A stretch of DNA of 64,000 nt from an uncultured delta proteobacterium (GTDB taxonomy: Bacteria > Desulfobacterota > Desulfobacteria > Desulfobacterales > JAFDCJ01). The translations under genes were made by a program, and so were the position numbers. How positions within the stretch are numbered: position 1 is the stretch's first letter; every line of letters begins with the position of its first letter. Positions 40,313 through 50,447 of the stretch are shown here, piece after piece. A model generated the notes under the pieces. It was given only the letters and a program-made list of their open reading frames with translations. It was not told where the DNA came from and ran no database searches. The stretch covers positions 32,001 through 96,000 of the forward strand of contig CAVYNY010000013.1 of NCBI GenBank assembly GCA_963769935.1. Direction: 5' to 3'.

Positions 40313-41512
40313 TCACTCGTATCCCGGAGTGCCCTCCCCTGATTTGCCTTCAATTGGGCTCAGCTCCACCTCGATGTTTTGCGGTATGATCTGCACAACT
40401 TTTACGCCGGCCGGCAAATTGACATTTTTAGCTGAAAGCCTGATCCGGTGCTTTCCCGCCCCTAACCCTTTTAAATTCACATGCACCCCCACCCCTTTGG
40501 AAGCAAATGCTTTTATTTCATTCTGCCAGCCGGAAAGTTTCACTTCTACCTCCGGGGTTGAACTTTGCCCTACCTGCATTTCCGCCGGAATGTTGTCAAG
40601 ACGAACCGGGGCAATAACCGTGCGCTCGACTTCCTGCTGACTTGCCAGAAACAGCCAGGCTGCAGCAACCAGTGCAAGAGCGGCCAGTTTCCTTTTCCAA
40701 TTTTTGATAAAAAAATCCTGAAAAAAACGCTGAACGGTCGGCATCTGAATTTCCGGACCTCCCAGCCATTCTCTGAGCTTTTCCTGCAAGGGCTCGGGGC
40801 GCGGCCAGATGATAATTTTACCGCCCACAACACTGGCCACCTCTGATCTTTCTTCGGAAACAACCAGACACACAGCATCGGTCAACTCCGAAAGACCAAG
40901 GGCAGCGCGATGCCGGGTGCCGTATCTTTCCGGCAAGTCCTCTTTTTCAGATAGGGGTAGAATACATCCCATATGGGTCAAAATTTGTTGTGATATGATG
41001 ACCGCACCGTCGTGGGCCGGCGCATGGTGGTTGAAGATGCTCTTGATCAGCATCGGATCCGGCAGCGCCATAATTTTTTGACCGGCATGGATCATTTCAG
41101 AAGGACTATCATCTCTGGTCAACACAATCAGGGCACCCGTTTTTTCCGCGGCCAACTCAAACAAGACCTGGGTCAGGTCTTTGGTAAACGATCCTCGCAA
41201 AACCCGCCGGCGCGATCGAAGATATCGCAGCGGACTGACTTTTTCCAAAACCTGTCGGATCTCTGATTGGAACAGGATCAGCAACAATATTAAAAGAACC
41301 TGCCACAGGATTTGAAAAACCCAGGTAGTCAGAAACAGTCCCCACAACTTGGCCACCGAATAGATACCCCCCAACACCGCCAGTCCAATAAGGACTCGGA
41401 GGGCGCGGGTTTCACGGAACCATTCGTAAAGCTGATAGGCAACCAGGGTAAGAAATAGAATATCGACCAGATCACGCCAGGTGGGAGACGGGATGAAATT
41501 TAGCAATGGCAA
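40313..41512 (-). CDS. cdaA: Diadenylate cyclase CdaA fused to a YbbR (CdaR) domain
   Basis: 3 N-terminal TMs, FQSEIR, GALIV, HDGA, GTRHRAALG, VVSEE; then TM plus YbbR-like beta domain. Confidence 0.88.
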   Translation of the reverse strand: MPLLNFIPSPTWRDLVDILFLTLVAYQLYEWFRETRALRVLIGLAVLGGIYSVAKLWGLFLTTWVFQILWQVLLILLLILFQSEIRQVLEKVSPLRYLRSRRRVLRGSFTKDLTQVLFELAAEKTGALIVLTRDDSPSEMIHAGQKIMALPDPMLIKSIFNHHAPAHDGAVIISQQILTHMGCILPLSEKEDLPERYGTRHRAALGLSELTDAVCLVVSEERSEVASVVGGKIIIWPRPEPLQEKLREWLGGPEIQMPTVQRFFQDFFIKNWKRKLAALALVAAAWLFLASQQEVERTVIAPVRLDNIPAEMQVGQSSTPEVEVKLSGWQNEIKAFASKGVGVHVNLKGLGAGKHRIRLSAKNVNLPAGVKVVQIIPQNIEVELSPIEGKSGEGTPGYE

Positions 41513-41531
41513 GGGAAGGCTCCAGTCTTGG

Positions 41532-41720
41532 GAATGACAAATGACTATTGACGAATGAAGAATTAAGAAATGCTATCTATATAAATCGTCTTCGGCAATT
41601 TTATCGAAGCAAGCCAGTTGATTTTAGGCTTTATAAATTAAAGGAGCAACACGCGGCGCAAGCGCCTGCGCTGCACGAGCGACATCCACAATTCTGCATT
41701 CGACATTCGCAAATCGTCAT
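41532..41720. repeat. Inverted heptamer-arm element (GACGAAT/ATTCGTC type)
   Basis: GAATGACAAATGACTATTGACGAATGAAGAATT ... AATTCTGCATTCGACATTCGCAAATCGTCATT; half copies near 35045 and 54869. Confidence 0.65.
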
Positions 41721-42145
41721 TTATAAGGTTTGCCGCATTCTTTGCACCTTCCGTCGGGGCCGATGATTCCGATGCAATTGCCGTCGCGGCACAAAACGCG
41801 ATTTTCCCACTCTCCATCCGCCGGAGATTCCTCTATCGTCTTACTTTCGTCTGCTGCGGCCGGCCTTACTTCATCTTCGTCCACAGCCTGATCTGCCTGC
41901 ACTACAGTACTTCCGTCTGCTGCGGCCGAAATTTCTTCATCCTCGTCCAGGACCTGATCTGCCTGCTCCACGGCGCTTGTCTCCGGCAGCGGCCCTTCAT
42001 ATTTCTTGCCGCACTCTTTACAGCGCCCGTCGGCTCCGATCACGCCGATGCAGTTGCCGTCACTGCATAGGATGCGGTTATCCCAGTTGATACCGGAATC
42101 GGCCCGGTCTTCGTTTTCATTCTCCTGTGGTATCTCAGTTTCCAT
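41717..42145 (-). CDS. Acidic protein with two Cys4 motifs
   Basis: W.NR.LC.DGNCIG.IG.DGRCKECGK.Y occurs twice; linker contains a 66-bp tandem duplication. Confidence 0.8.
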   Translation of the reverse strand: METEIPQENENEDRADSGINWDNRILCSDGNCIGVIGADGRCKECGKKYEGPLPETSAVEQADQVLDEDEEISAAADGSTVVQADQAVDEDEVRPAAADESKTIEESPADGEWENRVLCRDGNCIGIIGPDGRCKECGKPYK

Positions 42146-42185
42146 ATTCTCCTACTCCCTGCGCGCATGTCTAGCCGGCAAGCAT

Positions 42186-42803
42186 TCAAAGGTTCAGCAA
42201 CGCTTCAAGATCTTTGAGCGTGTCAATGTGATAGTCGGCTGCCAGATCCCGGTTGCGATAGGCGATCAACGGAATACATGCCGCTTCAGCTGCCAACTCA
42301 TCGAGCTTGGAATCACCGACATAAATCGTTTGGTTGGGTGCGAGCCCGAAATAATGCAATATTTTAAGCAGCTCATCCGGATAGGGCTTGGGCTGCTCAA
42401 CATCACTGGAGGTGACTACCAGATCAAAATATGCTTCCAGTTTAAATTCAGCCAACAGCCGGTTCATTGTGTCGGTCCGGTTGGTGGCTATGGCGGTTTT
42501 TATTCGCGGCCTGAGCTTTTCAAGCAGGGAAACGAGATGGGGTTCAATCACGATATAGCTTAAATATGCTCGATAATCCATGCTTTTGCGAAAATCATGG
42601 GCCGCCGCCCGGCTTTTTTCATTCGCAAATAAATAGTCGATTGATTCGGCAACCGTGTGCATGTGAACAAAGGTAAATTGTTCGTCAGTTACGGCCGGCT
42701 GGCCGAAATGCTCCAGGATCCGGCTGTAATAAACGCGGTTGGCTGCTTCGGTGTCGAAGAGGACACCGTCACAATCAAATACAACAGCTTGGATGTTATT
42801 CAC
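42186..42803 (-). CDS. HAD-family hydrolase
   Basis: FDCDGVL, ATNR, KPYPD, YVGDS; GTG start overlapping the upstream stop. Confidence 0.9.
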   Translation of the reverse strand: MNNIQAVVFDCDGVLFDTEAANRVYYSRILEHFGQPAVTDEQFTFVHMHTVAESIDYLFANEKSRAAAHDFRKSMDYRAYLSYIVIEPHLVSLLEKLRPRIKTAIATNRTDTMNRLLAEFKLEAYFDLVVTSSDVEQPKPYPDELLKILHYFGLAPNQTIYVGDSKLDELAAEAACIPLIAYRNRDLAADYHIDTLKDLEALLNL

Positions 42804-43512
42804 TCTTGCGCTCCCGCAGGTATCCATAAACCTTTACATCTAGCTCCGGCTGGACTGGGCTGTCGGTTTGCAAAACGATGGTGTCATAATATCGTCCGCT
42901 TTGCTGGCTGAGATTCTCAACTTTCAATTCATAGGCAGCGCCTTCGGACTTTTGTATTTCATCCAGCTGAATACTGATATTTTTGCCGGATTCGGCTTTG
43001 GCACTAAGGATCTTGAAGGGATATTTTTTTTCGGGAATGATGGCAACCATGCCTTTGATGGAAGCACCGACTTGACCTCTTAAGCTGATGTGTTGCGGCC
43101 GAATCGTGGCAAAATTATCCACCTGCCCGGATATGACGAGATCCTGGTTCGGACGGCTTTTATCATTCGTGTAAACATTCGCCGTTTTCTTTAAGGATCT
43201 GCCGCCGTAGCCTTTGGTGTTGACGCTTAACGTAATTTTTCCCTCGCCGCCGGCGGGGATCTCTCTTGAATAAGAGACAGCCGTGCATCCTCAGGCGGTC
43301 TTTACCTTTTCAACTTTCAGCAAGGCGTTGCCCTTGTTTTGGATGACAAATTCATGCATGACTTTGGTTCCATCCAGCACCGGCGAAAATTCATAGCTGG
43401 TCGCCGGAAAAAAAGCGCTCGGCTGGGCATCCTCCTGGGCGCCGACGCCGATCGCAAGGAAAACTGTCATAAATAGAACACCCCCTAATACTGCAACAGC
43501 CTTAAATCGCAT
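42796..43512 (-). CDS. DUF1573-like secreted Ig-fold protein with in-frame UGA (probable selenocysteine, UxC)
   Basis: ORF 43291-43512, TGA, 56 open codons and ORF 42796-43122 are all one frame: …NKGNALLKVEKVKTA-U-GCT…EIPAGGEGKITL…KKTANVYTND, matching the usual V.xxCGCT…IxPG pattern. Confidence 0.8.
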
Positions 43513-43755
43513 GGTAAACTCCTTTCCCCGGTATAATTATTTGAATCTTGAAAAAATTTTATGACGCCTGCCGAAGAATGTCAAGGCACAACTGTCAGAG
43601 GACGGAGGACAGAAAGAAAGTGAGAAGATCAGAAGGTGAGAAGGTAAGAGGGTAAGAGGGGAGGAGGGAGACAAGCCGGGAAGCTGAGGAGCTGGGTGAT
43701 TAAAGGCCGCAACCTGAAACCTTCCTTATTCATCCAGCATCCAGCACCCAGCATT

Positions 43756-46221
43756 TCACATCAGAAAGACCGGATCCACGTCAATCGCCACTTGTACCCG
43801 GCGGCGGGTAAAACCGGCCGCGCTTTCAGCCATGAGCTGATTGATGAATTGATGAAGCGCTCGCGTGTCTGAACCTTTTAGCAGTATTTGCCAGCGGTAT
43901 CTGCCGGCTATTCTGGTCACAGACGCCTCAATCGGCCCCATAATCTCAATACTCTGATACGGCACGGGATCGGTTTGTTTCAGCGTCTGGCATAAATTTC
44001 CGATCAGGCGGGCATGATTTGCTGTTTCCTGTGGAATTTGGCCCGATATTTTGAGTTGAACCATCCTGGCAAACGGCGGATAGTTGAGCGCTTGCCGAAA
44101 AATGATCTCCTGTTGATAAAAAGATTTAAAATTCTGGGTTCTGGCGGCGGAAATGCAGAAATGCTCCGGATTGTAAGTTTGTAAAATCACTCTGCCGGGT
44201 CTGTCTCCCCGCCCTGCCCTCCCGGCAACCTGTGCCAGCAATTGAAAGGTGCGTTCTCCGGCTCGAAAATCGGGAAAGCTCAGGGAAAGATCCGCACAGA
44301 TAATTCCCACCAGCGTGATGCTTGGAAAATCATGGCCTTTGGCCACCATCTGGGTGCCTACCAGGATGTCAATATTTTTATGCTTGAGCCCTTTCAGCAG
44401 CTTTAGAATCGAACCCTTACGGGTAGTGGTATCGCGGTCCATGCGGGCAATCCGCGCCTTCCGGAAATGAGATTTCAGCATATCTTCCAACTTTTCGGTG
44501 CCGAGACCCAGTTGTTTAATCTTGGAGGAGCCGCATGTTTCGCAGTTGGATGTGGCGGCACGGCTATACCCGCAGTAGTGGCACCGGTAGGCATTCGTGT
44601 GCTGGTGCAGGGTCAGCGAAATATCGCAGTGTTTGCAGCGCATGGGCTGTCCGCACGCCCCGCAAACCGGAAAACTGGCATAACCCCGCCGGTTTAAGAA
44701 AAGCAAAACCTGTTCCCCGCGCTCGAGCGTCTCTTTAATAGCCACGTAGAGTTCGGGAGCAACATAACGATGAATGCCGCGCGCATCCCTTATTTGACGG
44801 AGGTCAACAATACGGATTTCAGGCAGGGGACGCTGTTCAACCCGTTTTTCAAGGGTCAGTTCGGTAAATTTTTGGGTTACGACATTATAGTAGGACTGGA
44901 TCGAAGGCGTGGCCGATCCCAGCAGCACAATGCATTCATTTTGCTTGGCCCTCACCACCGCCAGATCCCGCGCATTGTACCGCAACATGCCTTCCTGCTT
45001 GTAGGATGAATCGTGCTCTTCGTCGACGATAATAATGCCGAGATTGTCAAAAGGGGCAAATATCGCTGAGCGGGCCCCAATGCCGATCGCGGCTTCCCCC
45101 TGCATGATGCGGGTCCACTGATCATATCGCTCTCCGGCGGACAGCGCGCTGTGCAGCACACAAACACATTCACCAAAGCGTGCCCGGAAGCACCGCTCCA
45201 TCTGGGTAATCAGAGCAATTTCCGGAACCAGGACCAGGACACGGCGCCCCTGTTTTAAAACTTCGTTCGCCACCCGCAGGTAAACTTCGGTTTTACCGCT
45301 TCCGGTCACACCGTTTAAAAGAAACGGCCTGTATCCTTGATTCAGGTCGGCACAAAGACGAGACACCACCTGGTCCTGCTCCCGGTTTAATACGGGAGGC
45401 CGATCGGGCTCGATGGATTCACCCAGCGGATCCCGGAACACCCTTTTATGATCGATTATCAGATAACCCGCGCTCTCAAGGCTTTTTATCAAACCGGTCG
45501 CAGTGGGGACGGCTTCTTTTAGTTTTTTAACCGGAACTTCGCCTTCGGCTTCCAACAGTCCCAATATTTTCTGCCTGGACTCCGACACCTGCGGAACCGG
45601 CGGCTTTTTATCGGCCAGGCGCACAACCCGCTCCAATCTGGCTTTGGTCTTGGCCGCTTTGAGTTCCCAGCTTTTCTCGATCCAGCCGTTTTGCTCAAGA
45701 TTGTACAGCAATACCGCCGGTATGGTTTGACCTACCTTCCTATGGAGTTCTTTCAACCGGCAGGGTTCCGCATCCAATTGTGCCAAAATCCTTCCGGCAT
45801 CCGGTGACAAACCAACGTCATTGCGGGCCTCGCGCCCCTTATCGGTCAGGATGAGCAGCGCATAATCGTAGACATTCAAGCCGCCGGGAAGGGCATTTTT
45901 AACGACCTCCCCGACGGGGTATTTATAATAGTCGGCAATCCATCGAAAAAAAGGGACCATGGAAGGTGGAAAAAGCGGCTGTTCGTCGAGAACATCCAGT
46001 ATCGGCTTGATCTGTTTGTCGGCAATATGCGTGTCTTGATCAAAAATAAACCCGGTGACTCTGCGCCGTCCAAAGGGAACAAGGACTCGTTTTCCAACGG
46101 CAACGGAAGTCAGGAAAGTTTCGGGCGCACTGTAGGTAAAAGTATGATAGACCGGAAGCGCAACGGCCACTTCTATGTAGCAGACGTCGGAGTTCATAGG
46201 CCCAAGGCTAATTTTGTGCAT
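43756..46221 (-). CDS. priA: Primosomal protein N'
   Basis: RVLVPFG, GVTGSGKTEVY, DEEHD, SATPS, two Cys4 zinc motifs, QVAGRAGR; start may be 46197. Confidence 0.96.
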   Translation of the reverse strand: MHKISLGPMNSDVCYIEVAVALPVYHTFTYSAPETFLTSVAVGKRVLVPFGRRRVTGFIFDQDTHIADKQIKPILDVLDEQPLFPPSMVPFFRWIADYYKYPVGEVVKNALPGGLNVYDYALLILTDKGREARNDVGLSPDAGRILAQLDAEPCRLKELHRKVGQTIPAVLLYNLEQNGWIEKSWELKAAKTKARLERVVRLADKKPPVPQVSESRQKILGLLEAEGEVPVKKLKEAVPTATGLIKSLESAGYLIIDHKRVFRDPLGESIEPDRPPVLNREQDQVVSRLCADLNQGYRPFLLNGVTGSGKTEVYLRVANEVLKQGRRVLVLVPEIALITQMERCFRARFGECVCVLHSALSAGERYDQWTRIMQGEAAIGIGARSAIFAPFDNLGIIIVDEEHDSSYKQEGMLRYNARDLAVVRAKQNECIVLLGSATPSIQSYYNVVTQKFTELTLEKRVEQRPLPEIRIVDLRQIRDARGIHRYVAPELYVAIKETLERGEQVLLFLNRRGYASFPVCGACGQPMRCKHCDISLTLHQHTNAYRCHYCGYSRAATSNCETCGSSKIKQLGLGTEKLEDMLKSHFRKARIARMDRDTTTRKGSILKLLKGLKHKNIDILVGTQMVAKGHDFPSITLVGIICADLSLSFPDFRAGERTFQLLAQVAGRAGRGDRPGRVILQTYNPEHFCISAARTQNFKSFYQQEIIFRQALNYPPFARMVQLKISGQIPQETANHARLIGNLCQTLKQTDPVPYQSIEIMGPIEASVTRIAGRYRWQILLKGSDTRALHQFINQLMAESAAGFTRRRVQVAIDVDPVFLM

Positions 46222-46265
46222 TTTGTGTCAATATATATTAACGGAAAGAATTAGCCACTCAAAGA

Positions 46266-46567
46266 AATGCCTAAAATTGCGGTATTCTTTCAATTTTCAT
46301 GAATGGCCCGCTATCCGCTAACGCCGAAATTCCGCCGCACTTTGACAAACTGCCGCCGAGTATTAAAAGTCGATTTCTCCTTTTTGTTCACAGCCTATTG
46401 TTCGCAATTAAACTCCTAAAGAGATTAAAATAGGAACGAAAGCTCCGCAGAAATCATATATCGGTTCTCGATTTTTCAATACGCCAAATATCCATCGAAA
46501 AAGGACGCAGCACATCGACACTATAATTTTAGGCATTTTAGCGCATTTTAGGCATTTTAGGCATTTT
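46266..46567. repeat. Inverted 9-mer-arm element (AATGCCTAA / TTAGGCATT)
   Basis: AATGCCTAAAATTGCGGTAT at 46266 and an (ATTTTAGGC)n array at 46526-46567; left arm repeated at 48881-48940. Confidence 0.65.
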
Positions 46568-46801
46568 TTCGGTTTATCCTGGTTAGATCAACAAAAATGG
46601 GTGTTGGGCATACCTCGGCAGAGGTCTTGGATCAGGTGTTTCTAACAAACTTATTGAAATTTACAATAAAAAAGCGTTATAATGTTCTCAAGCCTGTCGA
46701 ATTCAACATATTCGGAGGCCGCAATAAACCACAAATCCTAACAGGTTGTGGGGAGTATGCTTTATTTTGGTTCAGATAGCAAACATGTGGAGGAGGAAAA
46801 T

Positions 46802-47104
46802 ATGGCTAAAATTGTTAAAAAATCCCTGGTTCTGGCGGTGGTTGCATCCCTGCTGCTCATACCGTTTGGTTCCGCAGCCCTGGCTCAGATATACACAGAG
46901 ACGCAACCGCCCACCGGCGGCGCCATGATATTTGACCTTTGTGTGGTTCGGCCGGTCGGCATCGTCGCAACGGCCGTAGGCGCTGTTTTTTATGTGGTAT
47001 CCTCGCCCTTTGCGGCTTTAGGAGACAATATCGATGTCGCCGGCCAGAAGCTGGTCAAAGAACCGGCCGCATACACCTTCAAAAGGCCGCTGGGTGAATT
47101 TTAA
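46802..47104 (+). CDS. Small secreted/membrane hypothetical protein
   Basis: GGAGG RBS, signal peptide, DL.VVRPVG…PF…RPLGEF pattern. Confidence 0.75.
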   Translation: MAKIVKKSLVLAVVASLLLIPFGSAALAQIYTETQPPTGGAMIFDLCVVRPVGIVATAVGAVFYVVSSPFAALGDNIDVAGQKLVKEPAAYTFKRPLGEF

Positions 47105-47420
47105 CAAGCTCGTATATTTTAGAATTCGTCCGGCGTCTGGTGTTTAGTCTGCTGTGTCCGGTATGCAATCGTTTTGTTATATCAGCATATCACAAGGCTA
47201 AACACCAGACACCGGAAAAAAACCACCTCTGCAAAACACCTGCCGGAAGGACTGCCGCGGCGTCCATCTTGCATGATACCTCTAGAAATCCCTCTATATC
47301 CTTGACACAAAAAATTTATTTGCATATGACTGGCACCGGACATATTAATTCCAATGCCCCAATATGGTAATTTGTAATCCTTCCTGCAACCGCTAACCAT
47401 TTAGAGACAAGGAGGTCGCT

Positions 47421-48047
47421 GTGCCGGTACATGTCGTGGATCATCCTCTGATCAAACACAAACTCGCTTTAATGAGGGAAAGTGATGTAACTACCAAAGA
47501 TTTTAGAGATCTGGCTGCAGAATTGGCCATGCTGTTGACTTATGAAGCGACTAAAGATCTTGAAACCGAAAAAAAAACCATCACAGGATGGGCCGGACCC
47601 GTCGTGGTAGATAAAATAAAGGGCAAGAAAATAACCGTTGTGCCCATCCTCAGAGCAGGCCTGGGAATGATGGCCGGCGTCCTGAATCTCATACCATCTG
47701 CCAGGGTCAGCGTGGTCGGACTCTACCGCAACGAAGAAACCCTGAAGCCGGTCAGGTATTATGTCAAAATGACCAGCGCGATGGAAGAACGGATTGCTTT
47801 AATTATAGACCCCATGCTGGCCACCGGCGGTTCGTTGATCGCCGCCATCGATTTGATTAAAGAATCCGGTTGCCGACAGATTAAAGGGATATTTATGGTT
47901 GCCGCACCGGAAGGTATCGAAAAATTGACCACTACCCATCCGGATGTGGAAGTCTATGTGGCGGCCATCGACGAAAAGCTGAATGATATCGGATATATCC
48001 TTCCCGGTCTGGGAGATGCGGGGGATAAAATATTCGGAACCAAGTAA
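47421..48047 (+). CDS. upp: Uracil phosphoribosyltransferase
   Basis: [38 protein letters not shown]. Confidence 0.97.
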   Translation: MPVHVVDHPLIKHKLALMRESDVTTKDFRDLAAELAMLLTYEATKDLETEKKTITGWAGPVVVDKIKGKKITVVPILRAGLGMMAGVLNLIPSARVSVVGLYRNEETLKPVRYYVKMTSAMEERIALIIDPMLATGGSLIAAIDLIKESGCRQIKGIFMVAAPEGIEKLTTTHPDVEVYVAAIDEKLNDIGYILPGLGDAGDKIFGTK

Positions 48048-48057
48048 GGAGTTAATC

Positions 48058-48516
48058 TTGGCAGATTTTGTGCGGCTCGAAGACAGCATTCGAGATGCTG
48101 TTTTAACCATAATGAAATATATCAAAGCCCATACAGGAGTTGAGCCGACCCAGCAGGAGGTTGCCGCGATATTGAAGTCCTTTTTCATTCTCAATGAAGT
48201 CGGCAACCAGATCAAATATCAGCTCAAAAAAGATGAACAGAATGATGCAGAAAAGCCAACAAACTTAAAAGGTCCTTTCTGGACTTTGAATTTAAGAAGC
48301 GGTCCCGGGCAAAACATTTTAGCCCGGGCCGGGGTCTTTCACAAAAGCATTCAGGAAGCAATCGAGGCCACCCGGCAGTATATGATAAAAACAACCGGAG
48401 CCGAACCGGGCTACGACACCATAGCTGCAAGCCTCAAGAGTTCCTTTATCCTCAGCGAAATCAAAAACCAAATTGATTACCAGCGCAAGATAACTAAAAA
48501 AAAGAAAGTGTTTTAA
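48058..48516 (+). CDS. Hypothetical protein with internal domain duplication
   Basis: TG.EP…A..LKS.FIL.E..NQI.YQ twice; TTG start after AAGGAG. Confidence 0.7.
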   Translation: MADFVRLEDSIRDAVLTIMKYIKAHTGVEPTQQEVAAILKSFFILNEVGNQIKYQLKKDEQNDAEKPTNLKGPFWTLNLRSGPGQNILARAGVFHKSIQEAIEATRQYMIKTTGAEPGYDTIAASLKSSFILSEIKNQIDYQRKITKKKKVF

Positions 48517-48560
48517 AATCTCCCGCGAACGGCTAACGGGTCTGACAAGGAGAAAAGCGC

Positions 48561-48890
48561 ATGATCAGTCATGTGGTATTAATGAAATTCAACCCGGGCG
48601 TCAGCGAAGTCGATATCGAAGAGCTGGAAAAAATGCTTAATGAACTTCCGAATAAAATTATTGAAATCCACGCTTATGAATTCGGCCGGGACCTGGTTCG
48701 CTCACCAAGGTCGTATGATTTTGCCCTGAATGCTCTTTTTGCCAATCTGGAAGCCCTGGATCGCTATCAAACCCACCCGCAGCATCAGCCCCTAATCAAA
48801 AAAATCCAGGAAATCTGTGAAAGCGTGGTAACCGTCGATTTTGAAGGAGTCCAGGCCGGGTCGATAGACATTGCTCAAAGAAATGCCTAA
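48561..48890 (+). CDS. Dabb-family stress-responsive alpha/beta barrel
   Basis: MISHVVLMKF, YDFAL, YQTHPQH. Confidence 0.88.
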   Translation: MISHVVLMKFNPGVSEVDIEELEKMLNELPNKIIEIHAYEFGRDLVRSPRSYDFALNALFANLEALDRYQTHPQHQPLIKKIQEICESVVTVDFEGVQAGSIDIAQRNA

Positions 48891-49092
48891 AATTTCAAAT
48901 TGCCTAAACTGCTTAAAATTGCGGTATCCTGTCGATTTTAATGAAGCTGGGGTATAATTCAGTTGAGGTTAAATCAGGAAGACGTCCAGCGTCTTATCTC
49001 GCCGCAAGGCGTGAGATATATTCAGGGTCTTGTTTCTTCGACAACAAACCACAAACAACAGGCAGATTTTTATTCCGCCGAAGTAAAAATTA

Positions 49093-50150
49093 ATGCGCAA
49101 ACACGTCTACATTGCTTACACCGGTGGCACGATCGGGATGAAAAAGTCCGCCGGAGGTTATGCTCCGGTGCCGGGATATCTTCAAATACAGATGGAAAAA
49201 ATTCCGGAATTAAAAAGTGCCGCCCTGCCGGTCTATGACATTCATGAATATGAGCCCTTGCTGGACTCATCAAATATGGCTCCCCGGGACTGGCTTAAAA
49301 TTGCCGAGGACATTGCTTCCCACTATGATCCCTACGACGGCTTTGTGGTCTTGCACGGCACCGATACCATGGCCTATACGGCTTCCGCCTTACCTTTTAT
49401 GCTGCAGGACTTGCAAAAACCGGTCATTTTAACCGGCGCCCAGATACCGCTTTGTGAGCTGCGCAACGATGCCCGGGAAAATTTAATTACCGCTATGCTG
49501 ATTGCGGCCAATTTTGCAATTCCGGAAGTCTGCCTGTGCTTTGGCAGCAAATTACTGCGCGGCAACCGTGCCATCAAAGTCGACGCCGACGGGTTCGATG
49601 CTTTTGACTCGCCAAATTTCCCCCCCTGGGTTCGCTCGGCATTGAAATTAAAATCAACCATGACTTGGTATTGCGCCCGGCCGGCGGGCCTAAACCAGTG
49701 GCCGTCAAACCGATGAAGGCGTCCAGCGTGGCTGTATTGCGGCTGTTCCCCGGCATATCCGCCGATATCGTCCGCAACATTCTGCAACCGCCCATTGAAG
49801 GCCTGGTACTGGAGACTTATGGAATCGGAAACGGGCCGCAGGATCCGTTGCTTATTGCCGAACTGAAAAGGGCGGTGCAACGGGGCGTGGTGATAATCAA
49901 CTGCACCCAGTGCATCAAGGGCACGGTGAATATGGAAGATTATGCGACCGGTTCGGTATTGGCGGAGGCAGGCGTAATCAGCGGCTTTGACATGACGGTG
50001 GAAGCCGCTCTGGCAAAACTGGCTTATCTTTTCAGTCGCAGCCTGCCGCCGGAAGTCGTCAAAGAAAAAATGCAAACCGGTCTGCACGGGGAACTCAGTC
50101 GGCCGCCCAAAGCTTCAACAACTATCAAATATGGAGGCACAATCGAATGA
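49093..50150 (+). CDS. ansA: Type I L-asparaginase, split by a 1-nt deletion in a C-run at 49620-49626
   Basis: YTGGTIGM, LDSS, HGTDTMAY, TGAQ; adding one C gives FPPLGSLG… joining LETYGIGN and DMTVEAALAKL. Confidence 0.9.
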
Positions 50151-50440
50151 AAAGCAAACTGACTCCCGATACCTGGATCTGGATTGTGGTTCAGAATCCC
50201 GGATCCGACGAGCAGTTTTTGGGCCAGCATGACCAGGATCAAGACGAATCATTTATACCCGCATTCTTCGAAAAGGAGGATGCCCAGCAATGTTTGATTC
50301 ACATGGCTACTCAAAAGGGAGATAAATACGAAGTCCAGGCGGTACCCTTCGGCGAACTCACCAAAGATGCAGCAAAAAATGGTTTCATGATATTCATGCT
50401 GAATGCGGACGGCAAAATCCTGGAAAAAATCAGACCATGA
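50147..50440 (+). CDS. Hypothetical protein
   Basis: 97 aa ORF coupled to the ansA stop (ATGA), GGAGG RBS. Confidence 0.7.
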   Translation: MKSKLTPDTWIWIVVQNPGSDEQFLGQHDQDQDESFIPAFFEKEDAQQCLIHMATQKGDKYEVQAVPFGELTKDAAKNGFMIFMLNADGKILEKIRP

Positions 50441-50447
50441 GTGAGCC

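Noticed and set aside
46526..46567. Short tandem arrays as CRISPR
   Set aside because: Units of 7-10 nt without unique spacers; no cas genes.
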